The notes beneath the pieces were generated by a model. The model was given only the letters and a program-made list of their open reading frames with translations. It had not been told where the DNA came from and searched no databases. Source: Escherichia coli (GTDB lineage: Bacteria > Pseudomonadota > Gammaproteobacteria > Enterobacterales > Enterobacteriaceae). From it: DNA of 64,000 bases. The DNA lies in the NCBI RefSeq assembly GCF_016026235.1, contig NZ_CP065613.1; one strand, given 5' to 3'. The translations under genes and the position numbers were made by a program. Position 1 is the stretch's first letter, and every line of letters starts with the position of its first letter. This document shows, piece by piece, positions 1 through 9,760 of the stretch.

Positions 1-1651
1 TCGCTGACTGATGTAGCATGACTGCGGCGTGAGCGATGATTTTCTCTTTTAATAATAGTGCCGCACTGCGCAGCGCAGGCGCGGCAACATAGCTCTGGCG
101 TGAGGCAAATGCGCCGGGATCGAACGGCGTAACGTCGGTATCTTGAGTTGAAATAACGCGAACGTCGCTGACGGGAACCCCCACGGTTTCTGCCACCATT
201 TGCGAGAAGACGGTGTCGGCACCCTGACCGATTTCCGTCGCGCCGCTTTGCACGTTGATGGTTCCATCCTGATTCATCAGAAGGCGCGCGCCTGCTATTT
301 CTACGCCGACAGGCCAGGTGTTAGAGGTGTAGCTAAAACAGGCGACGCCAACGCCGCGGCGCAAATTGCCTTGCTGGTTCTGGCATTCTGCACGGCGTTT
401 TTCCCATTCAAAGATTTTCCGGCCTTTTTCAAGACACTCCGGCAACCCTGCGCTGTAAATACGTTTGCCCGTGAGCGGATTAGCATCTCCTTCGCGGGCG
501 GCGTTGCGTAAACGAATTTCAGCAGGATCAATACCTAACGCTGTCGCGGCGTCATCAAGCATAGACTCAACGGCAAATACGACTTGTGGCGCGCCATAAC
601 CACGCATCGCACCAGCCGAGGGGTGGTTGGTATAGCAGGTCTTTGAACTGTAAGCGTAGGCACAACGAGGATAAAGGTAAGCGACTTTATTCCCCCCCGC
701 AGAAGCGATGGAGTGCCCGTGAGATGCATAAGCGCCGGTGTTAGACAGAACATCCAGACTATAACCTTTCAATGTTCCGTCGCGGTTCACGCCCATTTGC
801 CCGTCAATGGTAAAAGCGTGGCGGGTACGGGTTGCGAGGAAACACTCTTCACGGCTAAGGGAAACTTTCACCGGAATGCCGCCAAGCTTGCTGGTCAGGA
901 ATGCCGCCATTGGCTCTTCCAGTACATCCTGTTTATTACCAAAACCGCCACCGACAAATGGTTTGATGACTCGTACGCATGACCAGGGAATATCCAGCGC
1001 CTGACCAACCACGCGGCGAACAATGTGCGGGATCTGGGTGCTGGAAACGATGGTAATTCGCGAGTCATCCTCCATCCACGCCAGCGATGTTACGCTTTCC
1101 ATGTGACAATGTTGAATAACGGGGGTCTGATAGTGCCCCTGTACCTGGTAGTCGGCGGCATCGATTGTTTGTTGGACATTACCCGTCGACATCGTGCTTT
1201 GTTTCAGTAAATTGCCACCGTTATGGATTGGTGCAGCGTCTTCTGCCAGCGCCGCTTCTGGCGTGGTGATAACGGGTAATTCTTGCCACTCAATGCTGAC
1301 CAATTGCGCCGCTTTTTCTGCCGTGAGTTCATCGCGGGCCACGACGATGGCAACGGCGTCACCATGATGACGAACATGGCGAGTTAGCAGTGCGCGATCG
1401 GCGGTATCGCGCTTGTTTTCGTCAAGTGTCCAGGCATGCCCAGCTGTAGCGAATGGAATATCAGGCACATCTTCCCAGGTAAAAATCGCCAGTACGCCCG
1501 GCAAACTTCTGGCTTGTTCATCATTAATACTTACGGCATAACCATGTGCGATAGGGCTACGTACATATTTCGCATAACACATGCCCGCCATAACATAATC
1601 GTCAGTATATCGTGCCCGCCCGGTGACCTTAGCAATGGCATCGACGCGCAT
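1..1651 (-). CDS. xdhA: Xanthine dehydrogenase molybdenum-binding subunit XdhA, N-terminal part (gene runs off the window start)
   Basis: Reverse-complement of 1621-1690 translates MEAREATATGESCMRVDAIAKVTG; MRVDAIAKVTG matches the XdhA N-terminus as I recall it. Open frame continues to position 1. Divergent from ygeR as in K-12. An in-frame ATG at 1690 is an alternative start. Confidence 0.8.
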   Translation of the reverse strand, partial: MRVDAIAKVTGRARYTDDYVMAGMCYAKYVRSPIAHGYAVSINDEQARSLPGVLAIFTWEDVPDIPFATAGHAWTLDENKRDTADRALLTRHVRHHGDAVAIVVARDELTAEKAAQLVSIEWQELPVITTPEAALAEDAAPIHNGGNLLKQSTMSTGNVQQTIDAADYQVQGHYQTPVIQHCHMESVTSLAWMEDDSRITIVSSTQIPHIVRRVVGQALDIPWSCVRVIKPFVGGGFGNKQDVLEEPMAAFLTSKLGGIPVKVSLSREECFLATRTRHAFTIDGQMGVNRDGTLKGYSLDVLSNTGAYASHGHSIASAGGNKVAYLYPRCAYAYSSKTCYTNHPSAGAMRGYGAPQVVFAVESMLDDAATALGIDPAEIRLRNAAREGDANPLTGKRIYSAGLPECLEKGRKIFEWEKRRAECQNQQGNLRRGVGVACFSYTSNTWPVGVEIAGARLLMNQDGTINVQSGATEIGQGADTVFSQMVAETVGVPVSDVRVISTQDTDVTPFDPGAFASRQSYVAAPALRSAALLLKEKIIAHAAVMLHQSA

Positions 1652-2104
1652 GCATGATTCACCCGTAGCGGTTGCTTCCCGCGCTTCCATAGAAATCCCC
1701 TCGATTTGAACATTTGGTTCTTATGGCAAAGATTTAGTCTAAGCAGGCAAGATTTACGCCAGAAACGACGATAAGCGTTAGGGGAGGTAGGAAGTGTGAT
1801 GACGTTAAAAAAACACAGATATGATACGAAACAGGACTCTGAATAGGGGCAGTGATACGTATCAATATGAGTGGCGATAAAATCAATGTGATAAATTGGG
1901 ATTATTACGCATCAGGATGGGAAATAGGGTAAAAAGTCAGGAAGTTCGATACCTCTACAGCGAATATTTTGCTGATGATACTTCCCTTTGCCAAATGAAA
2001 TTAACCTCTTTCTCTATTACCACGTTTTTCCAGAAGCAAGAGATTGGGTATCAAGAGGCTGGCTGCTATGATAAGGCGTCTTGTTTTTTAAGCGAGGAAA
2101 GATT

Positions 2105-2860
2105 TTGAGTGCGGGACGCCTGAATAAAAAATCTCTGGGTATCGTGATGTTGTTATCGGTTGGACTGCTTTTGGCGGGCTGTTCGGGTAGCAAATCATCC
2201 GATACAGGAACGTATTCCGGCTCCGTTTACACCGTGAAACGGGGGGATACGCTATATCGTATTTCGCGCACCACGGGAACCAGCGTAAAAGAACTGGCGC
2301 GACTGAACGGCATTTCCCCCCCTTACACCATTGAAGTTGGTCAGAAACTAAAACTGGGTGGGGCGAAAAGTAGCAGTAGTACACGTAAATCAACCGCCAA
2401 ATCAACGACCAAAACCGCATCGGTTACACCGTCATCAGCGGTACCGAAATCTTCCTGGCCGCCAGTAGGGCAACGTTGTTGGTTATGGCCAACGACAGGG
2501 AAAGTTATCATGCCGTATTCGACAGCAGATGGCGGCAATAAAGGGATTGATATCTCAGCTCCACGGGGTACACCTATTTACGCCGCGGGTGCAGGAAAGG
2601 TGGTGTATGTGGGCAACCAGCTGCGTGGCTACGGTAATCTCATCATGATTAAACACAGTGAAGATTACATTACGGCTTACGCCCATAATGACACGATGCT
2701 GGTAAATAATGGGCAAAGCGTGAAGGCTGGGCAAAAAATCGCCACTATGGGGAGCACGGATGCGGCATCTGTTCGCCTGCATTTCCAGATTCGTTACCGT
2801 GCAACGGCAATTGATCCGCTACGTTACTTGCCGCCGCAGGGCAGCAAGCCAAAATGCTGA
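2105..2860 (+). CDS. ygeR: LysM/M23-peptidase lipoprotein YgeR
   Basis: ORF 2081-2860; signal peptide with lipobox LLAGCSG, LysM-like motif (YTVKRGDTLYRIS), C-terminal M23 peptidase-like region. A TTG at 2105 gives the 251-aa form; the ATG at 2081 is an alternative. Confidence 0.85.
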   Translation: MSAGRLNKKSLGIVMLLSVGLLLAGCSGSKSSDTGTYSGSVYTVKRGDTLYRISRTTGTSVKELARLNGISPPYTIEVGQKLKLGGAKSSSSTRKSTAKSTTKTASVTPSSAVPKSSWPPVGQRCWLWPTTGKVIMPYSTADGGNKGIDISAPRGTPIYAAGAGKVVYVGNQLRGYGNLIMIKHSEDYITAYAHNDTMLVNNGQSVKAGQKIATMGSTDAASVRLHFQIRYRATAIDPLRYLPPQGSKPKC

Positions 2861-2938
2861 TGGCGAATTAATCAGCAGTCAGCAGCGCGGCACTTGCTAA
2901 GGAGAGCGTAAGGTTTATAATGCCTTACGCATCTCGAA

Positions 2939-3012
2939 GCGGGCGTAGTTCAATGGTAGAACGAGAGCTTCCCAAGCTCTATACGAGGGTTCGATTCCCT
3001 TCGCCCGCTCCA
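2939..3012 (+). tRNA. glyU: tRNA-Gly (anticodon CCC)
   Basis: 74-nt sequence GCGGGCGTAGTTCAATGGTAGAACGAGAGCTTCCCAAGCTCTATACGAGGGTTCGATTCCCTTCGCCCGCTCCA; cloverleaf with anticodon loop CTTCCCAAG, T-loop GGTTCGATTCC, 3' CCA. Confidence 0.95.
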
Positions 3013-3245
3013 ATTTATCTTCACCTCATCAATCTGCCATTTTTGCTGTATCTGATTTTCTATATTATCTTAATTCAATCGCTTCAGACTTTTCGCAATC
3101 GCCGTAATATTTCCCCATTTTGTTGTAAATAAAAAGCGTTTACGCAATGCAATCCTTTTGTAACAACCCAGGTAAAACACCTTATTTTCAAGTTGTTAAA
3201 TAAGTGGTTATCTACGCTTTTAACAAACGATTGATGGAATATTTT

Positions 3246-3301
3246 ATGAAAGGGAAATCTGCATTAACTCTTCTGCTCGCTGGTATATTTTCGTGCGGCA
3301 C
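3246..3301 (+). pseudogene. 5' stub of a lipoprotein-like gene (MKGKSALTLLLAGIFSCGT) cut off by IS1
   Basis: ATG at 3246 followed by a signal-peptide/lipobox-like sequence; reading frame runs directly into the IS1 left inverted repeat at 3302. Confidence 0.35.
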
Positions 3302-3356
3302 GGTGATGCTGCCAACTTACTGATTTAGTGTATGATGGTGTTTTTGAGGTGCTCCA

Positions 3357-3632
3357 GTGGCTTCTGTTTCTATCAGCTGTCCCTCCTGTTCAGCTACTGA
3401 CGGGGTGGTGCGTAACGGCAAAAGCACCGCCGGACATCAGCGCTATCTCTGCTCTCACTGCCGTAAAACATGGCAACTGCAGTTCACTTACACCGCTTCT
3501 CAACCCGGTACGCACCAGAAAATCATTGATATGGCCATGAATGGCGTTGGATGCCGGGCAACTGCCCGCATTATGGGCGTTGGCCTCAACACGATTTTAC
3601 GTCACTTAAAAAACTCAGGCCGCAGTCGGTAA
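3357..3632 (+). CDS. insA: IS1 InsA (transposition repressor)
   Basis: 91-aa [40 protein letters not shown]... with zinc-finger-like CxxC...CxxC; standard IS1 organisation. Confidence 0.9.
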
Positions 3633-4054
3633 CCTCGCGCATACAGCCGGGCAGTGACGTCATCGTCTGCGCGGAAATGGACGAACAGTGGGGCTATGTC
3701 GGGGCTAAATCGCGCCAGCGCTGGCTGTTTTACGCGTATGACAGTCTCCGGAAGACGGTTGTTGCGCACGTATTCGGTGAACGCACTATGGCGACGCTGG
3801 GGCGTCTTATGAGCCTGCTGTCACCCTTTGACGTGGTGATATGGATGACGGATGGCTGGCCGCTGTATGAATCCCGCCTGAAGGGAAAGCTGCACGTAAT
3901 CAGCAAGCGATATACGCAGCGAATTGAGCGGCATAACCTGAATCTGAGGCAGCACCTGGCACGGCTGGGACGGAAGTCGCTGTCGTTCTCAAAATCGGTG
4001 GAGCTGCATGACAAAGTCATCGGGCATTATCTGAACATAAAACACTATCAATAA
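3551..4054 (+). CDS. insB: IS1 InsB (transposase made as InsAB' by -1 frameshift)
   Basis: 167-aa ORF overlapping the insA 3' end; slippery A-run TTAAAAAAC at about 3604-3612 inside the overlap. Confidence 0.9.
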
Positions 4055-4069
4055 GTTGGAGTCATTACC

Positions 4070-4249
4070 CGTCGGGTCAATGTCAATGGTGGCGCGATCG
4101 CACTCGGTCACCCGATAGGCGCTTCCGGTTGCCGAATCCTGGTTTCTCTGGTTCATGAAATGGTGAAACGTAATGCCCGCAAAGGGCTGGCAACGCTTTG
4201 TATCGGCGGGGGCCAGGGCGTGGCATTGACCATTGAACGTGACGAGTAG
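4070..4249 (+). pseudogene. yqeF: 3' remnant (59 codons) of acetyl-CoA acetyltransferase (thiolase) yqeF, truncated by IS1
   Basis: Frame starting immediately after the IS1 right end translates [59 protein letters not shown], a typical thiolase C-terminus; no start codon or N-terminal domain. Confidence 0.8.
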
Positions 4250-4406
4250 CTCTGCATTTCCTCCTTACCGATAAATATCTGCCGTCATTAATCTGTTGAA
4301 TAATGATGGCTGGCAAGTCGACATTCATTTTCTGGGCTCCCTCATTTTTCCATTCTCATGACATATTCGTGATCGACACTGCACTTTTTTTAATCCTTAA
4401 CTTAAA

Positions 4407-4492
4407 AATGAAACATTGTTTTATTTTTAATTGAAAACCCTAGCCCATGGGCATATCATCCCTTTATAGAGAAAACGAAACAGTGTTTCACT
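4407..4492 (+). promoter_or_regulatory. Two KdgR-type operator palindromes in the kduI promoter region
   Basis: AATGAAACATTGTTTTATT (4407-4425) and AACGAAACAGTGTTTCACT (4474-4492) both fit the KdgR box pattern AATRAAAYRNYGTTTYAWT; located 45-130 bp upstream of kduI. Confidence 0.45.
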
Positions 4493-4535
4493 ATCGTTTT
4501 CTATTTTCACGCTTCACTGATTATCGGAGGTTGAT

Positions 4536-5372
4536 GTGGACGTAAGACAGAGCATCCACAGTGCGCACGCAAAAACGCTGGATACCCAAGGGCTGCGCAA
4601 TGAATTTTTGGTTGAAAAGGTATTTGTCGCCGATGAGTACACCATGGTTTACAGCCACATTGACCGAATTATTGTTGGCGGCATTATGCCGATAACTAAA
4701 ACGGTTTCCGTTGGCGGGGAAGTTGGTAAACAACTCGGCGTAAGCTATTTCCTTGAACGTCGCGAGTTAGGTGTTATCAATATTGGCGGTGCCGGTACGA
4801 TTACTGTCGATGGCCAATGCTATGAAATCGGTCACCGCGACGCCCTGTATGTTGGTAAAGGTGCAAAAGAAGTTGTCTTTGCCAGTATTGATACCGCCAC
4901 TCCGGCAAAGTTTTATTACAATTGCGCACCCGCGCATACGACGTATCCCACCAAAAAAGTCACACCGGACGAAGTATCTCCAGTCACGTTAGGCGATAAC
5001 CTCACCAGTAACCGTCGCACAATTAACAAATATTTTGTCCCGGATGTGCTGGAAACCTGCCAATTGAGTATGGGGCTGACGGAGCTGGCTCCAGGTAACT
5101 TGTGGAACACCATGCCGTGTCACACTCACGAGCGCCGGATGGAAGTTTATTTCTATTTCAATATGGATGATGACGCCTGCGTTTTCCACATGATGGGGCA
5201 GCCGCAAGAAACGCGTCACATTGTGATGCATAACGAGCAGGCGGTGATCTCCCCGAGCTGGTCGATTCATTCCGGCGTCGGAACCAAAGCTTATACCTTT
5301 ATCTGGGGCATGGTCGGTGAAAACCAGGTCTTTGATGATATGGACCATGTGGCCGTTAAAGATTTGCGCTAG
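4536..5372 (+). CDS. kduI: 5-dehydro-4-deoxy-D-glucuronate isomerase
   Basis: 278-aa ORF ([24 protein letters not shown]...), GTG start preceded by GGAGG; synteny with kduD. Confidence 0.95.
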   Translation: MDVRQSIHSAHAKTLDTQGLRNEFLVEKVFVADEYTMVYSHIDRIIVGGIMPITKTVSVGGEVGKQLGVSYFLERRELGVINIGGAGTITVDGQCYEIGHRDALYVGKGAKEVVFASIDTATPAKFYYNCAPAHTTYPTKKVTPDEVSPVTLGDNLTSNRRTINKYFVPDVLETCQLSMGLTELAPGNLWNTMPCHTHERRMEVYFYFNMDDDACVFHMMGQPQETRHIVMHNEQAVISPSWSIHSGVGTKAYTFIWGMVGENQVFDDMDHVAVKDLR

Positions 5373-5401
5373 TTGTGGGCATAAACGAATAAGGTATTGT
5401 T

Positions 5402-6163
5402 ATGATTTTAAGTGCATTTTCTCTCGAAGGTAAAGTTGCGGTCGTCACTGGCTGTGATACTGGGCTGGGCCAGGGGATGGCGTTGGGGCTGGCGCAAGCG
5501 GGCTGTGACATTGTTGGCATTAACATCGTTGAACCTACTGAAACCATCAAGCAGGTCACGGCGCTGGGGCGTCGTTTTTTAAGCCTGACCGCCGATCTGC
5601 GAAAGATTGATGGTATTCCAGCACTGCTGGATCGCGCGGTAGCGGAGTTTGGTCATATTGATATCCTGGTGAATAACGCCGGATTGATTCGCCGCGAAGA
5701 TGCTCTCGAGTTCAGCGAAAAGGACTGGGACGATGTCATGAACCTGAATATCAAGAGCGTATTCTTCATGTCTCAGGCAGCGGCGAAACACTTTATCGCG
5801 CAAGGCAATGGCGGCAAGATTATCAATATCGCGTCAATGCTCTCCTTCCAGGGCGGGATCCGTGTGCCTTCTTATACCGCATCAAAAAGCGGCGTGATGG
5901 GTGTGACGCGATTGATGGCGAACGAATGGGCTAAACACAACATTAATGTTAATGCGATAGCTCCGGGTTACATGGCGACCAACAATACTCAACAACTACG
6001 GGCAGATGAACAACGTAGCGCGGAAATTCTCGACCGCATTCCAGCTGGTCGTTGGGGACTGCCGAGTGACCTGATGGGGCCGATAGTGTTCCTTGCCTCC
6101 AACGCTTCAGATTATGTGAATGGTTATACCATTGCCGTGGATGGCGGTTGGCTGGCGCGTTAA
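5402..6163 (+). CDS. kduD: 2-dehydro-3-deoxy-D-gluconate 5-dehydrogenase (SDR family)
   Basis: 253-aa ORF with SDR glycine motif VTGCDTGLG and catalytic YxxxK (YTASK). Confidence 0.95.
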   Translation: MILSAFSLEGKVAVVTGCDTGLGQGMALGLAQAGCDIVGINIVEPTETIKQVTALGRRFLSLTADLRKIDGIPALLDRAVAEFGHIDILVNNAGLIRREDALEFSEKDWDDVMNLNIKSVFFMSQAAAKHFIAQGNGGKIINIASMLSFQGGIRVPSYTASKSGVMGVTRLMANEWAKHNINVNAIAPGYMATNNTQQLRADEQRSAEILDRIPAGRWGLPSDLMGPIVFLASNASDYVNGYTIAVDGGWLAR

Positions 6164-6185
6164 TTCATTCTTCTTACTTTTATGA

Positions 6186-6210
6186 CCCTGCCGCATGGCA
6201 GGGTTTTTTA
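6186..6210 (+). terminator. Intrinsic terminator after kduD
   Basis: Hairpin CCCTGCCGCATGGCAGGG followed by a T-run. Confidence 0.6.
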
Positions 6211-6477
6211 TACCTGTAGATCATCATAATCCATATCATGGTTATGAAATAATCCATATTAATTATCAATCAATGAACTTTATGAATTTTATCTGCTGTA
6301 AAATTAGGTGGTTAATAATAATCTCAATAATTCAACTTATTTTGAAAATTGGAATATCCATCACATAACGACATGTCGCAGCAATTTAATCCATATTTAT
6401 GCTGTTTCCGACCTGACACCTGCGTGAGTTGTTCACGTATTTTTTCACTATGTCTTACTCTCTGCTGGCAGGAAAAA

Positions 6478-7896
6478 ATGGTTACTATCAATACGGAATC
6501 TGCTTTAACGCCACGTTCTTTGCGGGATACGCGGCGTATGAATATGTTTGTTTCGGTAGCTGCTGCGGTCGCAGGATTGTTATTTGGTCTTGATATCGGC
6601 GTAATCGCCGGAGCGTTGCCGTTCATTACCGATCACTTTGTGCTGACCAGTCGTTTGCAGGAATGGGTGGTTAGTAGCATGATGCTCGGCGCAGCAATTG
6701 GTGCGCTGTTTAATGGTTGGCTGTCGTTCCGCCTGGGGCGTAAATACAGCCTGATGGCGGGGGCCATCCTGTTTGTACTCGGTTCTATAGGGTCCGCTTT
6801 TGCGACCAGCGTAGAGATGTTAATCGCCGCTCGTGTGGTGCTGGGCATTGCTGTCGGGATCGCGTCTTACACCGCTCCTCTGTATCTTTCTGAAATGGCA
6901 AGTGAAAACGTTCGCGGTAAGATGATCAGTATGTACCAGTTGATGGTCACACTCGGCATCGTGCTGGCGTTTTTATCTGATACAGCGTTCAGTTATAGCG
7001 GTAACTGGCGCGCAATGTTGGGGGTTCTTGCTTTACCAGCAGTTCTGCTGATTATTCTGGTGGTCTTCCTGCCAAATAGCCCGCGCTGGCTGGCGGAAAA
7101 GGGGCGTCATATTGAGGCGGAAGAAGTATTGCGTATGCTGCGTGATACGTCGGAAAAAGCGCGAGAAGAACTCAACGAAATTCGTGAAAGCCTGAAGTTA
7201 AAACAGGGCGGTTGGGCACTGTTTAAGATCAACCGTAACGTCCGTCGTGCTGTGTTTCTCGGTATGTTGTTGCAGGCGATGCAGCAGTTTACCGGTATGA
7301 ACATCATCATGTACTACGCGCCGCGTATCTTCAAAATGGCGGGCTTTACGACCACAGAACAACAGATGATTGCGACTCTGGTCGTAGGGCTGACCTTTAT
7401 GTTCGCCACCTTTATTGCGGTGTTTACGGTAGATAAAGCAGGGCGTAAACCGGCTCTGAAAATTGGTTTCAGCGTGATGGCGTTAGGCACTCTGGTGCTG
7501 GGCTATTGCCTGATGCAGTTTGATAACGGTACGGCTTCCAGTGGCTTGTCCTGGCTCTCTGTTGGCATGACGATGATGTGTATTGCCGGTTATGCGATGA
7601 GCGCCGCGCCAGTGGTGTGGATCCTGTGCTCTGAAATTCAGCCGCTGAAATGCCGCGATTTCGGTATTACCTGTTCGACCACCACGAACTGGGTGTCGAA
7701 TATGATCATCGGCGCGACCTTCCTGACGCTGCTCGACAGCATTGGCGCTGCCGGTACGTTCTGGCTCTACACTGCGCTGAACATTGCGTTTGTGGGCATC
7801 ACTTTCTGGCTCATTCCGGAAACCAAAAATGTCACGCTGGAACATATCGAACGCAAACTGATGGCAGGCGAGAAGTTGAGAAATATCGGCATCTGA
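6478..7896 (+). CDS. araE: Arabinose:H+ symporter (MFS sugar porter)
   Basis: ORF 6349-7896; the ATG at 6478 gives the 472-aa protein [30 protein letters not shown]..., 12-TM sugar-porter signature. Confidence 0.95.
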
Positions 7897-7902
7897 TTTC
7901 AC

Positions 7903-7935
7903 GGGCCGGATGTGCTGTACATCCGGCCCTTTTTT
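7903..7935 (+). terminator. Intrinsic terminator after araE
   Basis: GC-rich hairpin GGGCCGGATGTGCTGTACATCCGGCCC followed by TTTTTT. Confidence 0.7.
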
Positions 7936-8024
7936 CGTTAATAGAGATTGGGCACTTGGCCGTTGAGGCGTTTGTCTCGTTCCTTATTCAGCCTTGTTGC
8001 GGTAACACACATCAGGAGAGAGGA

Positions 8025-8717
8025 ATGAAAACAATTGGTTTGCTGGGAGGAATGAGCTGGGAATCCACCATTCCTTACTATCGTTTGATAAATGAAGGCA
8101 TTAAACAGCGGCTTGGTGGGCTTCACTCTGCGCAAGTGCTGCTACATAGCGTCGATTTTCATGAAATAGAAGAGTGCCAGCGTCGCGGGGAATGGGATAA
8201 AACTGGGGACATTCTGGCTGAGGCGGCGCTTGGCTTACAGCGGGCGGGCGCAGAAGGTATTGTGTTATGTACCAATACGATGCATAAAGTGGCGGATGCC
8301 ATTGAGTCACGTTGCACTCTGCCTTTCTTACACATTGCGGATGCCACCGGACGTGCAATTACCGGGGCCGGAATGACTCGTGTGGCGCTGCTGGGTACGC
8401 GTTACACCATGGAACAGGATTTTTATCGCGGGCGGCTGACGGAACAATTTTCCATCAATTGTCTTATTCCTGAAGCGGATGAACGGGCGAAAATTAATCA
8501 GATTATTTTTGAAGAACTGTGTCTGGGGCAATTTACCGAAGCGTCACGCGCTTATTATGCGCAAGTGATTGCTCGCCTTGCAGAACAGGGCGCACAGGGC
8601 GTCATTTTTGGCTGCACAGAAATTGGTTTACTGGTGCCAGAAGAGCGCAGTGTTTTGCCTGTGTTTGATACTGCGGCGATCCATGCCGAGGATGCTGTCG
8701 CTTTTATGCTGTCGTAG
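8025..8717 (+). CDS. ygeA: Asp/Glu-racemase-family amino acid racemase YgeA
   Basis: ATG at 8025 with upstream AGGAGAGAGG gives the 230-aa protein [19 protein letters not shown]...; the longer ORF from 7650 overlaps araE and is rejected. Confidence 0.9.
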
Positions 8718-9639
8718 CTGACGACAAAATAGCGTCAAGAGAAGTGACCAGTTTCGGTAACCCCGCTTGTAAATGCCCACTAAACGCCTGAACCAGCGCT
8801 GATGACGGGCGGTGCAGGGGGCGGATCAGGCTGACGGTGAACGGAACCGCAATACTGAACCGCCGCACCACTAAACCGCTTGCCGCATAATCTAGTGCGG
8901 TGAGCGGGTTAACCACCGAAACACCTACCCCCGCCCGTACCATTGCGCAGACTGACGCGGCGCTGTGGGTTTCTACGATCATGCGTCGTTTAACCTGATG
9001 TTCAGTAAATAGCTGATCCAGCAACTGGCGATAGCTGTCAGTACGGGAAAGGCTGATGTAGTTCTCACCCTGAAAATCATCCGGCGTTAATACCTTTTTT
9101 ACCGCCAGCGGATGACCCGGAGGTAACACACACACTTCATCTAAAGAGAGTAATTCGGTACGTTCTGTTCCCGCAGGCGTATGGAGCGTTTCAGTGAGTC
9201 CTAAATCATGACGCTGGGCCGAGAGCCACTCTTCAAGTAGCGGTGATTCCTGGGGCACGATATTTAAGCTGACATCGGGATAACGTGCCAGAAAGGGTTG
9301 CAGGAGCTGCGGTAAAAAAGATTGCGAAAAGACCGGCAGGCAGGCAATAGACAGTTCTCCCTGGCGAAACTCGCGCAGACTTTCTGCGGCGCTGACAATG
9401 CGATCCAGTCCGTACCAGGATCGTTGCACTTCTTCAAACAGACGCAGTCCTTGCACGGTAGGATGTAATCGTCCACGTACGCGCTCAAACAATTTCAGCC
9501 CGATCACCTTCTCAAAGCGCGCAAGTTCGCGGCTGACGGTTGGCTGTGAGGTGTGTAGCAGGTGTGCCGCCTCAGTCAGGCTTCCGGCGGTCATTACCGC
9601 ATGAAAAATTTCAATATGACGTAAGTTAACGGCGGCCAT
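8704..9639 (-). CDS. lysR: LysR-type transcriptional activator of lysA
   Basis: 311-aa ORF with N-terminal HTH ([43 protein letters not shown]); divergent from lysA. Confidence 0.95.
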
Positions 9640-9760
9640 TAGCGCTCTCTCGCAATCCGGTAATCCATATCATTTTTGCATAGACTCGACATAAATCGAT
9701 ATTTTTTATTCTTTTTATGATGTGGCGTAATCATAAAAAAGCACTTATCTGGAGTTTGTT

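Larger units (their letters stand above)
3302..4069 (+). mobile_element. IS1 insertion sequence (768 bp)
   Basis: Terminal inverted repeats GGTGATGCTGCCAACTTACTGAT (3302-3324) and ATCAATAAGTTGGAGTCATTACC (4047-4069); contains insA and insB. Flanking 9-mers differ (GTGCGGCAC vs CGTCGGGTC), so no target duplication. Confidence 0.95.

Noticed and set aside
3328-3540. 70-aa ORF inside IS1 in an alternative frame
   Set aside because: Overlaps insA in another frame; IS1 encodes only insA/insB.
6349-6477. Upstream extension of araE
   Set aside because: The ATG at 6478 yields the typical transporter N-terminus; the upstream portion is AT-rich promoter-like sequence.
7650-8024. N-terminal extension of ygeA overlapping the araE 3' end
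   Set aside because: Overlaps araE coding sequence and its terminator hairpin; the ATG at 8025 has a good ribosome-binding site.
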